Below, piece after piece: positions 1 to 8,787 of a stretch of 32,000 nucleotides of DNA. The DNA is from an archaeon (GTDB taxonomy: Archaea > Iainarchaeota > Iainarchaeia > Iainarchaeales > CSSED10-239). The position numbers were made by a program, and so were the translations under genes. Within the stretch, counting starts at the first letter, position 1. The number at the start of each line of letters is the position of its first letter. The notes below the pieces were generated by a model. It saw only the letters and a program-made list of their open reading frames with translations, was not told the DNA's origin and ran no database searches. The stretch lies in the NCBI GenBank assembly GCA_035400625.1, contig DAOMZT010000003.1:1-32000 (forward strand). The letters run 5' to 3'.

Positions 1-1601
1 GTCATGGCACAGTAGACATGTATTTTAATGCAACAGTGGAGGGTTGCGATTCTTTTAGATTCTTTGATGAGAACAAAAGAATATGTACACATATTTATGC
101 AATTGATGATTCAACAACAAGAGCATATAGTGGAGTAGAAAATCCTTTTATTCGTTTTCAAGCTTTAACAATACCTAATCAACCAGTAATGACTGCCAAG
201 ATGCTAGTTGGCGAAGAAACAGCTACTCCTCAATCAACTCCACCATCTGGCACTTATCCACAACCTACTCAAGTTGTTTTAAGCACACAAACAACAGGTG
301 CAACAATCTATTATACTCTTGATGGTTCTACACCTACCACTGATAGCCAAGTATATGCCAATCCAATAGCAATTCCAGAAGGCACAACCCAAACCATAAA
401 AGCGATTGCAAAAAAAGATGGCTATTATGTAAGTAATGTAATGTCTAGCACTTACACCATAACCGGCACTGTTGCAACCCCAACCTCAAGTCAGCCAAAT
501 GGTATTATTGATTATGGTTCTCAAGTTATTTTAAGCACCACCACAACAGGCGCAACAATCAGATATACAGTAGATGGCAGTGATCCAACAGAGAGCAGTT
601 TAATATATAACTCTCCAATAACAATTACTCAAAGCCTAACCTTAAAGGCCAAGGCCTTTAAATCTGGATATCTTCCAAGCCAAATATCAACTTATAATTA
701 TCAAGTTTTAGTTGTTCAATCCCCAGTCTCTAGTTTAGAGTCAGGTAGCTACGATTATGGCACAACTTTTGAACTTTACACTCAAACAGCTAATGCAGAG
801 ATAAGGTATACAGTAGATGGCAGTGAGCCAAATGAAAATAGTTTATTATATACTAGTCCAATAATGATATTAAATGATTTCACCTTAAAAGCCAAAGGCT
901 TTAAGCCAAACTATGCCCCAAGCCCAACCTCAACTTATGTTTACTCATCAGGTCTACCCCCAAACAATCACATTCTTTCTTTTGGTTTTCAAGGGGTTGA
1001 TAGCCAAGTAGAAATAGATAATGATCAAAACACAATAACAGCATATGTTCCAGCAGGCACCTACATCTATGGACTAATACCAATAATTCAAGTAGAAGCT
1101 GGCTGTACAGTTTCTCCAGATAATGGTATTCCACAAAATTTTATTGAACCAGTAATTTATACAGTAAGCTCATTATCTGGTCAAAGAGTTTATACAGTCA
1201 ATGTTATAAAAAATCCATATGTGTTTGCACCAATAGCTGATATCTCTGGTGGCGAATTTAATACTCCAATAACAGTAGAATTAACTACTCAAACAAATGG
1301 TGCTGTAATCAAATATACTACTGATGGTAGCAATCCAACACTTGATAGTCAAACATATACTAGCCCACTAACCATCAGCTCAACAACAACCTTAAAAGCA
1401 AAGGCCTTTTTGTATGTTGGAGATGCACCAATCATAAACTCTACAAAAAATAATAATGAAAACCCAAAGGCACAAGCAAACATCACACCAACAGGTGTTA
1501 TTTGGCATAGTAGTACTACTTTAATAGAAGATTATATTTTACTACAAAAATACAATATTAGATCCAAAAAAGACAAGCCTACATTTAGTAATAAAAGATA
1601 A
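1..1601 (+). CDS. C-terminal part of a large secreted/surface protein with four Fn3_assoc / chitobiase-hexosaminidase C-terminal-like (CHB_HEX_C_1-type) repeats and one Ig-like beta-sandwich domain. The frame is open to the window edge, so it is probably 5'-truncated by the window.
   Basis: There is no stop between position 3 and the first ATG at 18 in this frame. A repeated signature of the form (S/T)TTTGATI(Y/R)YT(L/V)DGS.P...S..Y..PI.I....T(L/I)KA.A.K.GY..S occurs four times. The sequence is T/S/P-rich and no C-terminal TM segment is visible. Confidence 0.6.
   Translation, partial: HGTVDMYFNATVEGCDSFRFFDENKRICTHIYAIDDSTTRAYSGVENPFIRFQALTIPNQPVMTAKMLVGEETATPQSTPPSGTYPQPTQVVLSTQTTGATIYYTLDGSTPTTDSQVYANPIAIPEGTTQTIKAIAKKDGYYVSNVMSSTYTITGTVATPTSSQPNGIIDYGSQVILSTTTTGATIRYTVDGSDPTESSLIYNSPITITQSLTLKAKAFKSGYLPSQISTYNYQVLVVQSPVSSLESGSYDYGTTFELYTQTANAEIRYTVDGSEPNENSLLYTSPIMILNDFTLKAKGFKPNYAPSPTSTYVYSSGLPPNNHILSFGFQGVDSQVEIDNDQNTITAYVPAGTYIYGLIPIIQVEAGCTVSPDNGIPQNFIEPVIYTVSSLSGQRVYTVNVIKNPYVFAPIADISGGEFNTPITVELTTQTNGAVIKYTTDGSNPTLDSQTYTSPLTISSTTTLKAKAFLYVGDAPIINSTKNNNENPKAQANITPTGVIWHSSTTLIEDYILLQKYNIRSKKDKPTFSNKR
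237..1412 (+). repeat. Protein-level tandem domain repeats of Fn3_assoc/CHB_HEX_C_1 type. Three are consecutive (about 237-461, 480-704, 726-944) and a fourth lies at about 1227-1412 after an inserted Ig-like domain.
   Basis: The motifs GATIYYTLDGSTPT, GATIRYTVDGSDPT, AEIRYTVDGSEPN and GAVIKYTTDGSNPT are each followed by ...Y.SPI.I....TLKAKAF. Confidence 0.6.
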
Positions 1602-1697
1602 TTTAGGGAATAAAAAAAGACCTAGATAGCCTTTATAAATTGTTTGTTTTATAATCTAAATAAAAAATATATAATATTTAGATAAAAGTGGGCAAAT

Positions 1698-3131
1698 ATG
1701 ATCAAGTCTAAAAAAAAGGCACAAGTTTCTGTAGAAGCACTAATTTTAGTTGGGATAATTGTTTTAGGTGCAACAATATTTGCATCAATGTATCTAAATA
1801 GAATAACACATGGTATAAATAGTTCAACGAAATTAGATGCTGGATTAAGCGATATTTTTAATGATCCATTTAACAATGGCACAAGTACAGATATAAATGA
1901 AGAACCTCATATAGATTCCGATATAATATTTAAAATCACTTTAGCTCTTGACCCTCCTAGTGCTAGTTCTATAAATCAACCTTTTAGAGTGGGTGTTACT
2001 TTAGATAACAATACAGGCATATCGGGAGCGAAAATTAATAAAGTTGAGATATATAAAGAGGCATTAACTGCCACCAATTGTACTTTGATTGGAGAAACAT
2101 CAACAACTCCTGGAACTTATGAAGTGAATATCCTATTTAACTCTAGCAATTTAAAAACTTTAGAATTTAGATGTTCTGCAGCAGGAACCTATAAAATCAA
2201 AGTATTTGCAGAAATACCTGGTACTGAATATTTAACAGATAATATAACACCAGATAAAATAATTACATCTGGACTTTCATCTTATGCTGTAAAAATCGAA
2301 GAACCAAGAAACGATACTTATTTGGTTTTAGGAGGTACTTCTAATTTTAAAGCAAGTGTTACACCTTCTCCAAATTCAGGAGAAACAGATCATTGCATGT
2401 GGTATGTTAATGAGAAACCAATTACCGGATCATCAACACCAAACACATGTAATTTAGAAAACATTTCATTGTCTGAACCACTTTTTACATTGGGCGAAAA
2501 TGAAATATCTGTTTTTGCAACCAGATATTCAAATGGAGTCATGATAAATAATGCAGAATCTAATGTGAAGGTAAAAATAATAAAGATGCCAGGAGCTAAC
2601 GAATTAATTTTATTTGCACCTAGAAAAGTTTTTGTAGGAGATAATTTTAATATAAAAGTATATGGCCTTAATCAAAGCCAAGTAGAAAATGCAGGAAGAA
2701 ATACATCTGATTTCTCATTTACTACAAATTGTGAAGTAACTAGCAATTCTTCTGTTTGTGGTTCTGCAATGATATATGCCACAACAGGAACTAGCACAAT
2801 ATATTTTTGTGATTATCCTGCAGTTTGTTTACGAGCTGCATATGATCAAACATCACCACACAATCCAAAAGATGTCACTGTAAGCTTAGCAGGCAGTACT
2901 CCTGCAAAGTTTTTCTCAGTATATGATTTGGCTTATTATTCAGGAAATTGTAATACTACAGCAACAGAGTATGGGATTTTGCAATCATGTGTTATGCCAT
3001 TTACTGGTGGTTTAGGATATAATGATGATTATTGGAGAGATAGTAGTTATGGCTTTTTAAAATCATACATTGATCAAGCATCAGAAACCAACACCAATAA
3101 TTACGGAAAAATAATAGGATATATTTCATAA
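1698..3131 (+). CDS. Extracellular protein of unknown family with an N-terminal archaeal class III (type IV pilin-like) signal peptide.
   Basis: The N-terminus is MIKSKKKA|QVSVEALILVGIIVLGATIFASMYL: a basic leader, K-A at -2/-1, Q at +1, E at +5, then a hydrophobic helix. This matches the QxSxE class III signal / DUF361-like pattern. The rest is rich in Cys and N-x-S/T with Ig-like beta-strand character, and there is no other TM segment. Confidence 0.6.
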   Translation: MIKSKKKAQVSVEALILVGIIVLGATIFASMYLNRITHGINSSTKLDAGLSDIFNDPFNNGTSTDINEEPHIDSDIIFKITLALDPPSASSINQPFRVGVTLDNNTGISGAKINKVEIYKEALTATNCTLIGETSTTPGTYEVNILFNSSNLKTLEFRCSAAGTYKIKVFAEIPGTEYLTDNITPDKIITSGLSSYAVKIEEPRNDTYLVLGGTSNFKASVTPSPNSGETDHCMWYVNEKPITGSSTPNTCNLENISLSEPLFTLGENEISVFATRYSNGVMINNAESNVKVKIIKMPGANELILFAPRKVFVGDNFNIKVYGLNQSQVENAGRNTSDFSFTTNCEVTSNSSVCGSAMIYATTGTSTIYFCDYPAVCLRAAYDQTSPHNPKDVTVSLAGSTPAKFFSVYDLAYYSGNCNTTATEYGILQSCVMPFTGGLGYNDDYWRDSSYGFLKSYIDQASETNTNNYGKIIGYIS

Positions 3132-3199
3132 AAACATATATTTAAAAATATATTAATAAACAAATAAAATGGAGAATAAACAAAAAAAAAGGTGAAAAT

Positions 3200-5170
3200 A
3201 TGAAAATTTCAAAAATATTTTTAATTTTAGTGATAGGGATAATATCTTTAAATGTGGTATTTGCTGGACAAATAACCCAAAAAAATTATATGATAAAAGG
3301 AGATTTAACAATAAATGATTTATTGCATGATGCATGTGTAAACGGGAAATCATGGGCAGAATTATTATATTCAGATACTATATACATCCCAGATGATAGA
3401 CCTGCATCACAATTTTCTGGCTTAAATGATTTTTTTGATCAATTGTTTTTTGCAGAAGCAGCATCAAAATGTAATTTAGAAATTTATTCTCCATCAGGAA
3501 TCAAAATTAAAGAATATAAAAATCTTAGTGCAGAAGGAATAAAAGAAGGATTAAACTTAGGAATCGTAGTAGGTCCGATTAGTGATTCGGGTAATGATGT
3601 ACAGACTTTTATTGTAAAAATTAGAAAGCAGTCAAATTCTGCAGTTTTATTAGAGACCAATATAAAAACATTAAATCCAAGTTCAGGGATTGGAATATAT
3701 GCTGATTATATTAGAGATAAAAGCATAACACCTTCTAAATTAATCACACATAGCGTGGTAGATAGTGGTGTGTCAGATAATGGAAAAGTTTTATCTTGGG
3801 ATGGCATAAATAAAATAATGGATTGGGAATACATTGGCTCTGAAAATTTAGGTTCTGATATTATTCAATGGACACATTTGTCAGGTCCAGTTAAAGCATT
3901 AATAAGATCTAAACTTAGTAAAAGTATTTATACTGCAGATCCTGTTATAGAATATCCAGATGATTTTGAAGCATCTAATAAGTATTTACAGATACCAATT
4001 ACAGAAAACGGCACCACAACAATGTATTATTTACGATTATCAACTTTAAAGGAGCAACCTCCGATATTAAATATTGCTGAAGATTCTATACAGGCATTGA
4101 TTGGTCAAACAATTCATCATGTAGATGCAATAATAGACAATATTAAAAAAGATTCTGTATCTCCTAAAGCAGAGATAATTGGCAACCAAGGATATTATAA
4201 TATATTAGAAATTGTTGGGAGTCCTGAGATTGTTACCGAAGGGGGAGTAGAAAAAGCAAGAGTTTATTTTAAATGTAATGAACATAGTGCCTATGCTTCT
4301 GATCAATTAAAAATTAAAATTTCGGCAAACCCTTATTATCCTCAATACCAAGCAGTAAGTGATACTGTTGATGTAAATTGTTATAGTAATCAATCTTTAG
4401 CTCCATCAATCACAATATTAAATGAAGGTGTAATCATGATTGTTGGAAAATATTATCCTTTAGCATATACAGCCCATAATGTTGCATCTGTTGCGTGGAG
4501 TGCAATTCCATCACCACATTACACTTTTAATACTATTGATGGTGTCCAAAACATAAAATGTAATACTGTGGATAAGGATATATCTATAACAGCCACTGGA
4601 AATCCTAATTATAATTGGTTCCCTCCAGCTACAGACACATTTGGTGCAAGCTGTGTAGCAAGTAATGAAGGAGGCCAACCACCAGGAACTTGTTTCTTAG
4701 CAGGAACAAAAGTATATACCACAAATGGCTGGAAGAATATAGAAACAATAAAATCTGGAGAGAAAGTGTATTCATATTCAGATGATGGAAAGTTAGTAGA
4801 AACTAATGTTAAATCATTATTGATACACGATTATGTAAATGCAGGAGATAAATCTGTGAAGTTAGAATTATCAAATAACATTGTGTTATTTGTTACATCA
4901 AATCACGCATTTTATAGCCCAACAGAAAAAAAATACAAACAATTGAAAACCTTTAATATCGGAGATGATCTATTATACTACCATGTAACAAAAAATGCAT
5001 TCGAAAACGTACAAATAAGCAAAATTACTGAATTACCAAGCTTTAGCAAAGTTTATAATCTTGCATTAGACAAACCAAACAACTATCTTGCTGAAGGAAT
5101 TGTAGTACATAACCGCGAAAAAGAAGGAGAAGTAACAATTCCACAAGGTGGAGATGAAAGTTACCAATAA
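3200..5170 (+). CDS. Sec-secreted protein of unknown N-terminal family ending in a Hint (intein-like, BIL-type) autoprocessing domain.
   Basis: GGTGA lies 5 nt upstream of the ATG. The Sec-type signal peptide is MKISKIFLILVIGIISLNVVFA|GQ. The C-terminal 141 aa carry all the intein splicing blocks (see the Hint feature). Confidence 0.7.
   Translation: MKISKIFLILVIGIISLNVVFAGQITQKNYMIKGDLTINDLLHDACVNGKSWAELLYSDTIYIPDDRPASQFSGLNDFFDQLFFAEAASKCNLEIYSPSGIKIKEYKNLSAEGIKEGLNLGIVVGPISDSGNDVQTFIVKIRKQSNSAVLLETNIKTLNPSSGIGIYADYIRDKSITPSKLITHSVVDSGVSDNGKVLSWDGINKIMDWEYIGSENLGSDIIQWTHLSGPVKALIRSKLSKSIYTADPVIEYPDDFEASNKYLQIPITENGTTTMYYLRLSTLKEQPPILNIAEDSIQALIGQTIHHVDAIIDNIKKDSVSPKAEIIGNQGYYNILEIVGSPEIVTEGGVEKARVYFKCNEHSAYASDQLKIKISANPYYPQYQAVSDTVDVNCYSNQSLAPSITILNEGVIMIVGKYYPLAYTAHNVASVAWSAIPSPHYTFNTIDGVQNIKCNTVDKDISITATGNPNYNWFPPATDTFGASCVASNEGGQPPGTCFLAGTKVYTTNGWKNIETIKSGEKVYSYSDDGKLVETNVKSLLIHDYVNAGDKSVKLELSNNIVLFVTSNHAFYSPTEKKYKQLKTFNIGDDLLYYHVTKNAFENVQISKITELPSFSKVYNLALDKPNNYLAEGIVVHNREKEGEVTIPQGGDESYQ
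4691..5113 (+). other. Hint / mini-intein-like domain of 141 aa with no homing endonuclease.
   Basis: Block A is CFLAGTKVYTTNGWKNIETIKSGEKVYS, starting at Cys498. Block B (TxxH) is VTSNHAFYS. Blocks F/G are VYNLALDKPNNYLAEGIVVHN. The residue after the terminal Asn is Arg, not Cys/Ser/Thr, and only 18 more residues follow before the stop. Confidence 0.85.
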
Positions 5171-5206
5171 TTCTCCTTTTTCTCTTTTTCTTTTTTCCTT
5201 TCTATT
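5171..5206 (+). terminator. Candidate archaeal oligo-T terminator after the surface-protein gene cluster.
   Basis: The pyrimidine tract ttctcctttttctctttttcttttttcctttc, with several T4-T6 runs, starts immediately after the stop at 5168-5170. Confidence 0.35.
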
Positions 5207-5487
5207 TATAAACATTTTGATTCTATAAATATTCTATATTTATTATATTTTTAATGTGTCTAAAGGGTTGCTTAAGACATGTTAAAGAAAAAGACCTTTA
5301 TTTGACCTTCAATTTACAAACAAGCTTGTTTTGTTTGTTTTTTAGGCATTTAAACCACAATCTGTAGACTGTTTGTTGGTACCAAAATCAGTGGCGAAAA
5401 AGACACTAACCAACTCATAAATGCAGAAAAGATAAAATTATCTTTTTGCTATTTCTACGGATTTTAAAATATTAATAATTAAAAATG

Positions 5488-5497
5488 AAAATATAAT
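5488..5497 (+). promoter_or_regulatory. Candidate TATA-like element for the ribosomal superoperon. The first gene (uL3) has no Shine-Dalgarno motif, so its transcript may be leaderless or short-leadered.
   Basis: aaatataata lies about 19-28 nt upstream of the uL3 ATG at 5516, and no GGTGA motif precedes that ATG. AT-richness makes this weak. Confidence 0.2.
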
Positions 5498-5515
5498 ACA
5501 AAAAGCACGATTATT

Positions 5516-6502
5516 ATGGGCAAACTAAATTCACCAAGATCTGGTTCAATGAGTTTTTATCCAAGAGTAAGAGCTAGTAGCATAATCCCTAAGTTTAACT
5601 CCTTTGGAGGAGTAGAGAAGACAATTAAAGGCACTAAGCCACTTTGTTTTTACGCAATTAAAGCAGGTAACACTTTTGTGATAGGCAAGAACGCTAAAAA
5701 AGGCGCATCCTCCTATGGTCAAGAAATCTCTGTTCCAGTCACAATCTTAGAGACTCCTGACCTAAAAGTAATAGGAGCAAGATTCTATAAAAGCCACAAA
5801 GTTAAAGCTGGCAAAAAAGCAATATTTGAATTTACAAACCAAGACACTGATTTTAAAAAAAGAGTTACAGGAAAAAAACAAAAAAAAGCAACAACTCTTG
5901 AAGATGCCCTTAAAAGAAAAGATGAAGCTGATTCTTTAGTCTTAATAGCAACAATCAATTACAAGGCAACAGGAACAGGTCAAAAAAAGCCAGTAATTGT
6001 TGAAATTCCATTATCAGGAAGCTATGATGAACAAATAGCCTACTTAAAAGAAAAACTAAACAAAACAATTTCTGTTGATGAGGTCTTTAAGGTAGATGAT
6101 TACCTAGACGTCAAAAGCATAACAACAGGTTATGGAACAACAGGTGTTGTTGAAAGATTTAATATTAAGATTCAAAGAAGAAAAGCAAACAAAACACAAA
6201 GACATGTTGGTAGCATAAGCCCATGGCATCCTGCAACAATCATGTACACTGTTGCAAGAGCAGGACAATACGGCTATCATAACAGGACAGAAACCAATAA
6301 AAAACTAGTAATGATAGATTCTGATATTAATAAAGTCAATAGAAAAGGCGGACTAAAAAACTACGGACTTTTAAAAAACAAATTTATTCTTCTTGATGGA
6401 ACCACCCCAGGAACCACAAAAAGAGTAGTGGCTTTAAGACACACATTCAGGCCACAAAAACAAAAGTTAGAATTGACAGATATAAGTTATATTAACAAGT
6501 AA
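5516..6502 (+). CDS. rpl3: 50S ribosomal protein uL3
   Basis: The N-terminus MGKLNSPRSGSMSFYPRVRA is typical of archaeal L3. It is the first gene of the conserved L3-L4-L23-L2 order. Confidence 0.95.
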   Translation: MGKLNSPRSGSMSFYPRVRASSIIPKFNSFGGVEKTIKGTKPLCFYAIKAGNTFVIGKNAKKGASSYGQEISVPVTILETPDLKVIGARFYKSHKVKAGKKAIFEFTNQDTDFKKRVTGKKQKKATTLEDALKRKDEADSLVLIATINYKATGTGQKKPVIVEIPLSGSYDEQIAYLKEKLNKTISVDEVFKVDDYLDVKSITTGYGTTGVVERFNIKIQRRKANKTQRHVGSISPWHPATIMYTVARAGQYGYHNRTETNKKLVMIDSDINKVNRKGGLKNYGLLKNKFILLDGTTPGTTKRVVALRHTFRPQKQKLELTDISYINK

Positions 6503-6524
6503 AGATTAAAGGTATTGATTTACT

Positions 6525-7331
6525 ATGAAAGCAAATATTTATGATTTAGAAGGAAAAACAATCAAAGAGATAGAGTTACCTGAATATTTCGCACAAGACT
6601 ATAGACCAGACTTAATCAAGAAAGCAGTAATCTCTAGTCAGTCAAAGGGCTATCAAGCAACAGGTGTTTCTCCTTACTCTAATAGAGACTACACATCTAT
6701 CTATATAGGTAGAAGAAAAGCAAACAAAGCAAATGTCTCTATCAACACTGGTAAAGCAAGATTACCAAGAACAAAAAACAGAAGAGTGTTAATGGCAGGA
6801 AGAGTAATGAGAGTTGGTCAAGCAGTAGGAGGTCCAAAATCCCACCCACCAAAGGTCTCATCAATTATTGCAAGAAAAATAAATTCAAAAGAAAGAACAA
6901 AAGCAATAATCTCAGCAGTTTCTGCAACAGCTAACAGAAACTTAGTTGAGGAAAGAGGACATATCCTTCCTGAAAAAATAACATTACCAATTATTTTTGA
7001 TAATAAAATAGAAAGCTTAAACAAGACCTCACAAATCTATGATGCTCTTGAAAAATTAGGCCTAGACAAAGACATAATAAAAGCAAAAGAAAAGAAAACA
7101 GTAAGAGCAGGAAAAGGAAAGATGAGAGGTAGAAGATACAAGAAAAGAAAAAGCATTTTGTTTGTCTTAGCAGACAATAAAAACCACAAGGCATTCAGTA
7201 ACCTTGAAGGTGCAGATGTCATCTCTGCAAGACAATTATCAATTAAAGAGTTAGCTCCAGGAACACATGCTGGAAGACTAACAATCTATAGTGAAGGCGC
7301 AATTGAGGAGCTTAAAAAAAGATTTGAATAA
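6525..7331 (+). CDS. rpl4: 50S ribosomal protein uL4
   Basis: Position after uL3, and the basic motif RAGKGKMRGRRYKKRK typical of archaeal L4. Confidence 0.92.
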   Translation: MKANIYDLEGKTIKEIELPEYFAQDYRPDLIKKAVISSQSKGYQATGVSPYSNRDYTSIYIGRRKANKANVSINTGKARLPRTKNRRVLMAGRVMRVGQAVGGPKSHPPKVSSIIARKINSKERTKAIISAVSATANRNLVEERGHILPEKITLPIIFDNKIESLNKTSQIYDALEKLGLDKDIIKAKEKKTVRAGKGKMRGRRYKKRKSILFVLADNKNHKAFSNLEGADVISARQLSIKELAPGTHAGRLTIYSEGAIEELKKRFE

Positions 7332-7343
7332 ATGTGATATTTT

Positions 7344-7613
7344 ATGAAAAAAATTGAATATTATCAAGTGCTTGAATATCCAGTCATTACTGAAAAAACA
7401 GTAAATATGATTTCAACAACCAACAGAGTAACTTTTGTTGTAAACAAAGAATCAACTAAAAAAGAAATAAAAGATGCTGTTGAAAAACTATATAATGTAA
7501 AAGTAAAAACAGTAAATGTTTTATTTGATAGAAAAAACAGAAAGAAAGCTTTTGTAACTTTAAAGAAAGGCTTTAATGCTCAAGATTTAGCTAACAAGTT
7601 AGGTATCTTATAA
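7344..7613 (+). CDS. rpl23: 50S ribosomal protein uL23
   Basis: YPVITEKTVNMI...TFVVNKESTKKEIKDAVEKLYNVKVKTVN matches the L23 family pattern, and synteny agrees. Confidence 0.92.
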   Translation: MKKIEYYQVLEYPVITEKTVNMISTTNRVTFVVNKESTKKEIKDAVEKLYNVKVKTVNVLFDRKNRKKAFVTLKKGFNAQDLANKLGIL

Positions 7614-7627
7614 ATGCGTGATTAAAA

Positions 7628-8332
7628 ATGGGAAGACGATTAAAGATTCAAAGAAGAGGAAAAGGCGGACCTGTATATACTGCTACCAATAATGCTAAGT
7701 TTGATATTAATTATAGAACTGTTAAAGAACTACAGACTGGCCAAGTTATAGATTTAGTAACTGACCCAATAAGGTCATCACCAGTTGCAGAAATCTTAAT
7801 GACAGATGGCAAAAAAGAATATGTGATTTGTGCAGAAGGATTAGTTACTGGTCAGAAACTAGAGTTTGGCCCAGGCGCTCAAAAGAAAACAGGTAATGTT
7901 TTGCCTCTTAGAGAAATAGACCCTGGAACCACAATATTTAATATAGAAAAAAACTTTGGAGATGGTGGAAAGTTTGTAAGAGCAAGTGGCCAATCAGCAA
8001 TACTTGTTAACAAAAAAGAAAAAGCAATAATTAAATTACCATCTGGTAAGTTAGTACAATTGCCACTTGATGCAAGAGCAACAATTGGCGTAATTGCAGG
8101 AGGCGGAAGAAAAACAAAACCATTTGTTACCGCTGGTGCAAAGTTTAAAGCAATGAAAGCAAAAGGAAAGAAGTACCCAATAGTAAGAGGAGTTGCAATG
8201 AATGCTGTTGATCACCCATTCGGCGGTTATCAGCACCACGTTGGTCACTCTAAATCTACTTCAAGACATGCTCCACCAGGAAGAAAGGTTGGTGCAATTG
8301 CTTCAAAGAGAACAGGTAGAAAGAAAAAGTAA
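7628..8332 (+). CDS. rpl2: 50S ribosomal protein uL2
   Basis: The motifs GRRLKIQRRGKGGP and VDHPFGGYQHHVGHSKSTSRHAPPGRKVG are L2 hallmarks. Confidence 0.97.
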   Translation: MGRRLKIQRRGKGGPVYTATNNAKFDINYRTVKELQTGQVIDLVTDPIRSSPVAEILMTDGKKEYVICAEGLVTGQKLEFGPGAQKKTGNVLPLREIDPGTTIFNIEKNFGDGGKFVRASGQSAILVNKKEKAIIKLPSGKLVQLPLDARATIGVIAGGGRKTKPFVTAGAKFKAMKAKGKKYPIVRGVAMNAVDHPFGGYQHHVGHSKSTSRHAPPGRKVGAIASKRTGRKKK

Positions 8333-8392
8333 ATAGAGTTTTTCTTAGAAAGAAACACTCTGCAAAGAAACTAATAAAAATGTGAAAACAAA

Positions 8393-8776
8393 ATGGCAGA
8401 AGATTTTAAATTTAGAGGATACACTCTAGAAGAACTAAAAAAGATGTCTTTACTTGATTTTGCAAATATCGCTGGAAGCAGAGCAAAGAGACACTTAAAA
8501 AGAAACCATAGCGATGCGTTCTATGAAAGAATAGAAAAAGACAAAAAAGCAAACAAGAAAATAAGAACACACAGAAGAGACATCATAATTACACCAAAGA
8601 TGGTTGGTAAAACCATTTATGTCTATAATGGCAAAGAGTTTTTACCTGTTGAAATATTTCCAGATATGCTAGCACATTATCTTGGGGAGTTTGCATTTAC
8701 AAGAAAGAGAATAAGACACGGTAAAGCAGGAATTGGTGCAACCAAGTCAAGTACTGCTGTTGCTGCAAGAAAGTAA
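8393..8776 (+). CDS. rps19: 30S ribosomal protein uS19
   Basis: IRTHRRDIIITPKMVGKTIYVYNGKEF...HYLGEFAFTRK matches the S19 family, and synteny agrees. Confidence 0.95.
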   Translation: MAEDFKFRGYTLEELKKMSLLDFANIAGSRAKRHLKRNHSDAFYERIEKDKKANKKIRTHRRDIIITPKMVGKTIYVYNGKEFLPVEIFPDMLAHYLGEFAFTRKRIRHGKAGIGATKSSTAVAARK

Positions 8777-8787
8777 AGTGAGAAAAT

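Noticed and set aside
1649-3353. Small minus-strand ORFs at 1649-1882 and 3153-3353 that overlap the 5' ends of the surface-protein genes.
   Set aside because: They are hydrophobic low-complexity translations of AT-rich promoter and signal-peptide regions. No start context or homology is evident.
4691-5113. A canonical (splicing) intein interrupting a host gene.
   Set aside because: There is no C-extein. The +1 residue is Arg rather than Cys/Ser/Thr, only 18 residues follow, and there is no homing endonuclease domain. It is better described as a terminal Hint/BIL-like autoprocessing domain.
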